Of a DNA stretch of 64,000 nt, positions 54,771 to 64,000 are shown piece after piece. Position numbers and translations under genes: made by a program. The notes beneath the pieces are model-generated. The model had not been told where the DNA came from, did no database searches, and was given only the letters and a program-made list of their open reading frames with translations. This DNA is from Octopus sinensis (Eukaryota): contig NC_043000.1 of NCBI RefSeq assembly GCF_006345805.1, positions 38,564,001 to 38,628,000 of the forward strand, written 5' to 3'. Numbering within the stretch: position 1 is the stretch's first letter; each line of letters begins with the position of its first letter.

Positions 54771-57639
54771 GAAGAAGAAGAAGAAGAAGAAGAGAAGAAG
54801 AAGAAGACAAATATGTAATATATATTTATATACATAACGTCACATACATACACAAACAAACAATCACACACATGCACACACTCACACATATTCTTAAAAC
54901 GATAACGGAGTGTTGAAATTTTTACACTTAAGTTTTATTGAATATCGCAGCGTCTATCAAAGATGGCTTCCTCAATAAATATGCAAATGGAGAAAATATC
55001 CACGTGTTTAATAAACATATATTTAGTGGGATATTATTACTCTATTTTGTAAGCAAACACACAACTCATGCAGATTTTTTAAAATCAATACAATTCTGTA
55101 TAAAACTAAAGTCATGAAGTAATATCGCATCTTAAATATGAGAGTGTGTCTTTAGAATTTATTCAAAATTTCGTTGAATGACTTATTGCGCTGATCAAGA
55201 TTTCAATGAATACAGATGAAATATTATCTTTCGTTTATTTGTCTTTCACCCGTTTCAGTTGATGACCATTATGAGATACAATCTGGAAGGGTTTAGTCGA
55301 AGAAATCGAAGCCTTTTAATTTAGATTATTATTTTTATTCTTTTAATCGCTTACATTAGCCGAACCGCTGCGTTATAGGAATGTAAACAAACTCCGATTA
55401 TCAAGCGGTGTAGGGTAACAAACGCGAGCTCAGATACAGTGACGCATACACATGCACACAAATGCGCGCGCGCACACACACACACACAACACACCCACCC
55501 ACATACGATGAGGTTATACACAGTTACCGTTTACCAACTTCCTCCAGCAGGCATTAATCAGACCGAGGCTACAAGATTAGGCACTTGCCCCAATATTTAG
55601 CTCTCTGGGACTAAAACCGAAACCAGATGGCTGTAAATCTAAGTTGTTCACCACACAGCTAAGTCTGCGCATGTATATAACAAGCGTAGCTGTGTGGTAA
55701 GAAGCTTGCTTCTCAACCACATGATTCCGAGTTCAGTCCCACTGCGTGGCACCTTGGGACAATGTCTTCTACTATAGCCTCGGACCGATCAAAGCCTTAG
55801 GTAGACGGAAGCCCGACATATATAAATATATATATATATATGTTTGTGTGTCTGTGTTTCCCCCCACCCCCATCGTTTGACAACTAATGTTGGTGTGGTT
55901 AAGTTCCTGTATTCTAGCAGTTCGGCAAAAGAGACCGATAGAATAAGTACTAGGCTTTCAAAGAATAAGTCGATTTGCTCGACTAAAGGTGGTGCTTCTG
56001 CATGGCCGCAGTCAACTGACTGAAACAGGTATAAGAATAAAAGAATATCATGGCAGAACAGAAACCACGAAGAGAGATGTGAAATGGAGAATAGTTTCAG
56101 CGCGGTCTTATGTTTTGTAATGGATCTACAACCTGGTTGTTCTGAGCTTACGAAACAACAAAGCTGTTGCTGTGCAACATCAAGGTTATCGTTTGTTGCC
56201 AATCAAACTCTCAACTGCATCTCTTCACGGAGTTCTAGAATTTATTACTAAAGGACCACAAATGACAGCTTTTTGTGGATAACGTTACTGTGAATCTCTG
56301 GTCAGCCTTAAGTAGGTCAGATTTGTATAGAGTCTGCGACATAGAAGCTCCAAAATTTTAGGCATGGCACAAGCGTGTCTGGTAGAATACTATATTGCCA
56401 TCTCAAAGAAAACATCTTTTTACCAAAAAGACTTTTAATACTGCAGTCTCCACTTTTTCCCGATTGTCACTGTGTATCTTTGTTCTACGTCTGCTGGTAT
56501 TTATTACAAGTGAGAGGCAAGCAATATTTAGATGAAGTATTACGGTGGTTGACCTTCTGCACATATTCTGCAATGGTGCACATTCCAGCAGTGTGGTGTT
56601 GTACTGACGTGGGTCACGCTGCTGGTATTTTCTGTATAGAAACGTTGTTCTCTGATCTCCATCAAAGTCTCTAAATGTACTCTAAGAAAGTCTCTGTGGC
56701 AGGATTTCGGGTTAGTGTAGATGCTGGGTAAGTGTTTGCCTAATGATTTGACTATATTTCATACGCGTCTATAATGGCTCCCAATCTGCGTGATAAAGAC
56801 CTCCTCTGGGTTATTATGAATTTACAAGTAAGCTGCACCTGTCAAAAGAGCGCGGCATGGCGGGGAACCATCTCATATTCAGAGGTGGTGTGGGTATTTT
56901 TCTACGAAATGACAGCGTCGAGCAGACGAACAGGTGCTTGTTATATTACTCTGGTCACAATGCGTTTCCAAAACTGTCTTGATTGTGACATTCTTATCCA
57001 TGTTGATCGAAATTGCTTAACTAAATTGTCTTCCGTCGTCGTGGATACCTTCCAACTGAACTTTTCTGATCTCTTGGATGCCACTCACAACTAGGCCAAT
57101 CTTTCTGTCGCCTCTGAACCTTGTGACCTGTCTGAAACTTCGATCACCTCGTTCTCTCCGGGATTTCTAAGAAATAAAATTTGAAAACCAGATACAGTAC
57201 TCATATTTAATGTTTTTATTTCGGGCCTTGTGCCTAGAGTAGAAAAGAATATTAGTCCTGGCCTTCGTTAGCAATTTTCATTAAAGACTTCTTCTTTAAG
57301 AACGGATCTCTATAAATAAAAGCAGATAAATACTTGGTAGAAAAATTATTTTGGATAGAAAAATTTGGAGGCAGCCTATGGGATACGAATCCAGTGAACT
57401 TTCAATACTACTTATGTGTACTTTATACCATCTCAAGAATGAATGCATCATAAAAACATAAAGCCCTATTTTAGAATATTCGAAATAATCGTGGAATTTC
57501 CGACGGCACTGCTTGTTTATATAAGTTAATAATATTTACGAATAAGACGGATATAAATTTATAATATCGCTTGTGGAATTTGAACGCCGTATCCGTTGTG
57601 AACTGTTTTATGGTGTTAGTATAAGTTCTTAAATTATAA

Positions 57640-58110
57640 CTGACGTTGCTGAGGAAAGTGCAAACCTGGTGGGGAGGCCACCTTTTTCGAATGCCTAATA
57701 TGCGAATCCACGGGAGACCGTTATACAGCGGAATTAGTAGAAGGCAAGCGCACGCAAGCTCGACAGAAAAAGCACCTCAAGGACACATGCAAAACCTCAC
57801 TGATGAGCTATTGAGATCAACACCAACACTTAGGAAACAAGCTCAGGAGTGCTATTCCTGGCGACGCTGCACTAATAGAGGCGCCATCCCCTACGAACAG
57901 ATTAGGATTTCAGGGATACAAGGAAAACGCAAACCGAGCAAGTCCAGATCCAACTTCTTGCCTTCACTCCAAACAAACAACCAGTGCTCCATATGAGCAG
58001 AGCCTTCTGAGCATGCATCGGAATGATTGGCCACAACCGGACACGCTATGCCCCGTCTTCTTCTCCCATGTAATCTCCTTCCTCATCGTCGGCAACGACA
58101 GACGACCTAA
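57640..58110 (+). mobile_element. RTE-clade (BovB-like) LINE 3' end
   Basis: WGGHLFRMP..., ELVEGKRTQARQKKHLKD, and a terminal C..C.R...IG.I.H.RT zinc-finger remnant, across frameshifts. Confidence 0.75.
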
Positions 58111-59721
58111 TAGAAAATAATAATAATAAAAATAATCGTCGTGGCACTCCGTCGGTTACGACGACGACGAGGGTTCCAGTTGATCCGATCAACGGAACAG
58201 CCTGCTCCTGAAAGTAACGTGCAAGTGGCTGAGCATTCCACAGATACGCGCACCCTTAATGAAGTTCTCGGGGAGATTCAGCATGACACAGAGTGTGACA
58301 AAGCCGGCCCTTTTGACATACAGGTACAACAGAAACAGGCGAGAAAGTTGTGGTGAAAAAGTGCAGCAGGGTTCGCCACCAGCCCCTGCTGGAGTCTCGT
58401 GGAGCTTTAGGTGTTTTTGCTCAATAAACACTCGCACGGGTATGCGCAGAAGTGACATCATGATCTTCAGGGATGTGTAAGCGATGGAGATGCCAACATC
58501 GTTAGATTTTATTGTTGTGTTCGTATCGTGGCACTCCGTCGGTTACGACGATGAGGGTTCCAGTTGATCCGATCAATGGAACAGCTTACTCGCGAAATTA
58601 GCGTGCAAGTGGCTGAGTACTCCGCAGACACGTATACCTTTAACGTAGTTCTCAGGATAATTCGGTTTAACTCAGAGTGTGACAAGGCTGGAGCCTTTGA
58701 AATACAGGAAGAAGGAATGAGAGAAAGTTGAGGTGAAAGAGTACGACCACCACGAGTCCGCTGCCCTAAGCACTGGACCATTGCGCCTCCACTAATAAAG
58801 ATAATACATTATAAGTGAAAACCAAATTTTGTTGAGTGTCATCGGAGTGATAAGTTTAAGGCCGTGTCTATGTTTTTATTGAATTATTTTATTTCTGTTA
58901 TTTAGTTGGAGCCATTGTTTGTATGTTGCTGGTTAGTATATCTTTATTTTTTTTTCTTCCAGATGCATCTAAATTTATTTTATTGAGTGTATGTATTGCA
59001 ATATCTACAGGCTTCATTGTATTGTTGAACTGTGCAAACTTTAATTCGGTCTCTTGGGAAATTAGTTCCAGCGAGCTTTTTGAAGTTTTTCAAAGTGGTG
59101 TGCAGTGATGTGTGAATGTGTTGTGACAAGTTACCCGACTAAAACTGCAAAACCTGTTTGACAAATGATTTGTAATGTCATATTGCGCGCGAGTGTGTGT
59201 GTGTATGTGTGAGAGTATGTGTGCGTATATGTGTGTCTGAGTGTGTGGTTATGTGAGTGTATGTGTGTGTTTGAGTGTGTATGTTTGTGTTTGAGTGTGT
59301 ATGTGTAAGAGAAAGAGAGAGTGTGTATGTATGCGTGTGGGAGAGAGTTAGAGAGTATATGTGTGTGTATGAATGTATGTGAATGTGTGTGCATATATAT
59401 GTGTGTATGTGTGTGTGTGTGTTTGTAGAGGCTTGTGAACTAGTGGTTAGGGTTATCGTACCACGATCATAATGTCATGAGATCGATTCCCGCCGGCACG
59501 TTTTATCCTCCAAGACACTTCATTTCACATTGCCCCCGTCCAACCAGCTAACAAAAAAAACGAATTGTACCCGTAATTCAAACGGCCAACCTTGTCACAT
59601 TCTGCGTGACACTGAATTTCCCTGAGAACTTCGTTATGGATACCCTGTCTGTAGAGTGCTCAGCAGATTGTTCCGTTAATCAGAGCAACTGGGATTCTCG
59701 TCGTCGTAACCGACGGAGAAC

Positions 59722-59755
<34 letters not shown>

Positions 59756-59764
59756 CAACGGCGA

Positions 59765-59958
59765 CCATAGATTCTTTACGTTATTTACATTCGACGGATA
59801 TTTGTTCTCATCTTGTTTGTTGTTAACACAACTTTTCGGCTGATATATCCTCCAGCTTTCATCAAGTGTCTTGGGGAAATTTTGAACCTGGGTTCTCATT
59901 CCTAATTCCTAAGGTATTTTTCGATGTCGTTGTCGTTGTTGTTATTATTATTATTATT

Positions 59959-60025
<67 letters not shown>

Positions 60026-60097
60026 TCGCTGCCTGGAATGGAACTCAGAATCTTGAGTTAGTAGCCCGCGCTCTTAACCACTACGCCATATGCCCGT
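59765..60097 (-). mobile_element. tRNA-headed SINE with internal (AAT/GAT)n spacer and a hammerhead-like fold in its body
   Basis: Head 60097-60021 has A box TGGCGTAGTGG and B-box-like GAGTTCCATTCC; fold at 59870-59825. Confidence 0.65.
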
Positions 60098-61174
60098 ATA
60101 AAACTGAACGACAACTGTGATGCCAGGAAATGAGTTATAGATGATATGCTGACTATCATTGTAGTGTTTTGGTGTCGGTTGTGTATTTGGATATTTTTAA
60201 ACAAGAGGGAAGGTATCAGCCATGATCCTTTACGGGGCCGCCAAAAGAAGTAGAAAGGAGAGGGAAGATAGTGACGTGGCTAGAGCGGGTGCCCCTCGGT
60301 GAAAGCCTTGATTTTGTTGCCCATACAAGCTTATGCAGCAGATCCCAAAAATGCCGCCCCCATAAAATTATTGCCCTGGGTAGATCGCTTCTTCGCTCCC
60401 TAATTGGGCTATTAGGGGAAGTATCTTCTAAGCAGATACCTTTTTCGAGAACTGACAACAGAATAGCTTCAACAAAAGACCCCTATATATCCAGATGTTG
60501 TTAAATTGGTCAGCGAATTAAACCTACCACCCATATAAACCATTGCGAGATTTGAACCCAGAACGGGAAAAAAAATGCAGGAACGAATACTGCAAGGCCT
60601 CCAGTTCAGCATCTTATAGTTCCGCCTACGCACCACCATTAATTGGTAAATTTTTATCAACCCCCTAAAGTGTCATGTCTACAATGGGTACAAGGTGGGG
60701 ATAAGTTGAATTCATCAACACAAGTGATTAGGTAGTAATTATGTTATCGAACCTGAAAGGGTGAAAGGTAAAGTCGACCTCGGAGGAAATTGAACTCAGA
60801 AACTACAGAGAAATGCCGCTAAGCATTTTGCCCTGGTGTGCTAACGATTTTGTCAGCTGGTCGCCTTCAAACCCTTAAAGAACGAAAGCACACAGACTTA
60901 TATAAGGAGAGTACAGTTTTCATGAAGCATGGTCTGGTGCATATCTGGCAAATGTCTTAAAGGGAGATAACCCTCGCAACAGGATGCGACATTAGAAATT
61001 TAAATGTGAGATAAACGAATGTGAAAAAGAAGAGACACTGAGTGCACATTCCTATTTATCTATTGTACAAACACACACACACACACACATAACACACATA
61101 TTCATCTACGATATGTCTCTGAGCCTCTTTAGCGTCGGTTATCGATTAAACATGTGTATCTACATTAAACTTAC

Positions 61175-61279
61175 CTGTGCAAACACCTTCGTCTGTACCA
61201 TGGTGGGGTTGTAGTTAGTTTGGGTACGCGCATAATTGTCTTTGCCATCATTCCAGGAGACGACATGAATTGACACACC
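61175..61279 (-). CDS. Adhesion GPCR-like gene, exon A (105 nt, phase 0-0): GVSIHVVSWNDGKDNYARTQTNYNPTMVQTKVFAQ
   Basis: Acceptor ttgatatttcag, donor CAG|gtaagt, open frame, joins exon B in frame (VFAQ-LVTRIVDNLL). Confidence 0.8.
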
Positions 61280-61453
61280 CTGAAATATCAAACAATATAT
61301 ATACAATAGGTTTTCGCTAATGGATTTTCTAATTGATTAATAAATAATAATTAAGTGCAATACTGCGAATAGAAGTAACAGGAAGTATGTTATAAATAAT
61401 CACGTCGGTCGAAACAGAGAGAGAAATAGAGAGAGAGAGATAGAGAGAAATAG

Positions 61454-61491
<38 letters not shown>

Positions 61492-61703
61492 AAACTAGAG
61501 AAGAGAGAACACTAAGAGTAATAGTAATAACCAATTAACAATTGTTAATTTTTGTGTTGTGTCATTGTATATCATATATAATATATATATATATATATAT
61601 ACACATAAATATATATACGCGTATGGTGTGTGTATGTATATATTCATGAATATATATACACATATATGTATTATATATTATCTATGTGTTTATTGTATGT
61701 ATA

Positions 61704-61744
<41 letters not shown>

Positions 61745-62217
61745 TACATATATGTACATACCTATATATATATATATCTATATATACATGCATATATGGT
61801 ACAGGACGTCATAAAAAACGTGAACAAATGAAAAACGAGAACATAAAAAAAAAACACGGAAAACGAACTTTTTTCGAACAATGAAAGAAACAAATAGAGA
61901 AACGAGAAGGGCAACACGTAAAACAATCCCTTCATCAGTTGTCCCCTGTTTTATCTACTCCGCGTTTCGAAGGTTCCATTATATATATATATATATATAT
62001 ATTTCAACATGTGATCTCTTGAGCACCACCAGCAATAATATTTTTTTCCTCTGTCTTCCCTTCTCGGGATCTTCCTTCTCCTGTGTTCCGACGAAGAGCT
62101 CCGCTCGAAACGTTAAACCCTCCTTCCCTTCTTTCCTGAGCGTCAAATAATACTTTAATGTTCCACGTCCTCGCGTGCTGTGTTTTTTTCTGTGTTTTTT
62201 TTTTGGATTATATATAT

Positions 62218-62264
<47 letters not shown>

Positions 62265-62279
62265 ATATATATATGAAAC

Positions 62280-62545
62280 GAGACAGACAGACAGAGACAG
62301 AAGTGAAAGGGGTAAAGGTGAATTTGCTGTGAGGAGTAGAATATCCAGCGTTCCGGATGTAATCCTTCGTCAGTGGGTAGAGGAAAAGAGGAGCTGAAGA
62401 AAGACAAACGCTCAAAACTGTTTCCCTTTCTTCCAGCTTCTCTTTTTCTCTACACCCTGACGAAGGATTGCATGCGGAACGTTGGATATGCTACTCCTCA
62501 CAGCAAATTCACCTGTAGCCCTTTCACTTCTGTCTCTGTCTCTCT

Positions 62546-62546
<1 letters not shown>
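62280..62546. repeat. Imperfect inverted repeat (arms about 62280-62400 and 62430-62546) flanked by (TA)n
   Basis: gaagtgaaagggg..ggtgaatttgctgtgaggagtag.atatcc pairs with ggatatgctactcctcacagcaaattcacc..ccctttcacttc. Confidence 0.85.
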
Positions 62547-62583
<37 letters not shown>

Positions 62584-62920
62584 CAGAGTTTACGAAAAAA
62601 ACAAAAGACGAAGACAGGTGGTGTACAAAACAAACATATTAATATAACGCTATATATGTAATGGAAGGACTGTTTTAACGTAGTCGCATTTTGTTCCAAC
62701 CTTCGAAAACGCGGAATAGATAAAACGCGGTGGGGGGGGGGCAACTGATGAAAAGATACTTCTTTATGTTGCCTGTCTCGTTTCTGTATTTGTTTCATTC
62801 GTTGTCAGAAACGAATTTTTTAATGAACTCTTTTTTCTTTTTGTTCACGTCTTTTTGACGTCCTGTACCCCTTTCACTTCTTTCTATATTTACAAACACA
62901 CACACACACATATATATATA

Positions 62921-62963
<43 letters not shown>

Positions 62964-62977
62964 ATATATATAATATA

Positions 62978-63014
<37 letters not shown>

Positions 63015-63200
63015 AAGCGTTGGTTTATAGAACAAACATTAAATTTGGGTCGACGACGTTACACGCAACACTCAACACCACCCCTCAAACATTTAATCGT
63101 ATATGGTTTTCAAACACAAAAAATAATACATACACATAAAATCCCAGAAGGTAAAAATGTATAATCGAATAAAATACAAATAGAACGGCCTAGCAAAAAC

Positions 63201-63204
<4 letters not shown>

Positions 63205-63234
<30 letters not shown>

Positions 63235-63389
63235 TGTATGTATGTATGCATGTATGTATGTATGTATGCATGTATGCATGCATGTATGTATATATGTATG
63301 TATGTATGTATATATGCATATATGTATGTATATATGTATGTATGTATTATGTATATATATGTATGTATGTATGTATATATGTATGTATG

Positions 63390-63423
<34 letters not shown>

Positions 63424-63473
63424 TATATGTATGTATGTATATATGTATGTATGCATGTATATATGTATGCATG

Positions 63474-63505
<32 letters not shown>

Positions 63506-63616
63506 TGTATATATGTATGTATGTATGCATGTATATATGTATGCATGTATATATGTATGTATGTATGTATGTAATATGTATGTATGTATGAATGTATGTA
63601 TGTATGTATGTACGTA
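63205..63616. repeat. (ATGT)n microsatellite of about 400 bp
   Basis: Direct reading. Confidence 0.95.
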
Positions 63617-64000
63617 TGTGTGAGAAGGCGCGTATTTTAGTGTTTAGGCGTGTTGCACTCACAAATATGTGATCGTGGTTTAGAATTCTAAACCCGCTGC
63701 TCGTTGTGTTCTTGAGCAAAACATTTTATTTCACATTAGTCCAGTCCACTCAGCTGCAAATGGGTCACCACCCTGTGACAGACTGGTCTCCCGATCAATG
63801 GTTAATGTTTGGCTGCTTATCTGGCCAGCGTGGTGGGGTGGCATTATTCAAAATTTAAAACGATGCAAAGTGCGCTGTGATCAGCGACGCGTAACAACAT
63901 CCAGTAATCTGCTCGATCACTTGATAAATATATTATTCTTTTATTCTTTTATTTGTTTCAGTCGTTTGACTGAGGCCATAATGGAGCACCACCTTTAGTC

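Noticed and set aside
56060-57170. Possible Ty3/gypsy RNase H remnant on minus (ADVEQRYTV...)
   Set aside because: Too decayed to support a call; no LTRs or PBS seen.

Overview
AT-rich, microsatellite-dense animal DNA. The SINE, LINE and microsatellite landscape looks like a coleoid cephalopod, most likely Octopus (inferred from memory of repeat families, not searched). Almost all ORFs in the supplied track are translations of simple repeats. The real coding content is four short minus-strand exons: 61279-61175, 49557-49350, 30595-30440 and 5357-5288. They have canonical splice sites and matching phases (0/0, 0/1, 1/1, 1/2) and splice into one open frame: GVSIHVVSWNDGKDNYARTQTNYNPTMVQTKVFAQ-LVTRIVDNLLNRRNEVGW...RQSKANI-SFKIQIWWIEDPIFTTFP...SGSP-VFVGVATFLYPSFSRVLPNHFFK. 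This resembles the GAIN domain of an adhesion GPCR, split by introns of about 12, 19 and 25 kb; the gene runs off both ends of the window. The introns hold Tx1-like, R4/Dong-like, HERO-like, RTE, CR1-like and Penelope-like retroelement remnants, mariner and maT remnants, and many tRNA-derived SINEs. Most worth following up: (1) a tRNA-headed SINE and several (TA)n-embedded mini-elements with minimal hammerhead-ribozyme-like folds; (2) element families sorted by microsatellite target (GATA, TAA, TA), including a non-coding 556-bp TAA-inserting element; (3) a perfect RFX X-box beside the acceptor of a GAIN exon; (4) a nested 1.1-kb palindrome near exon A. Repeat boundaries were read by eye and are approximate.
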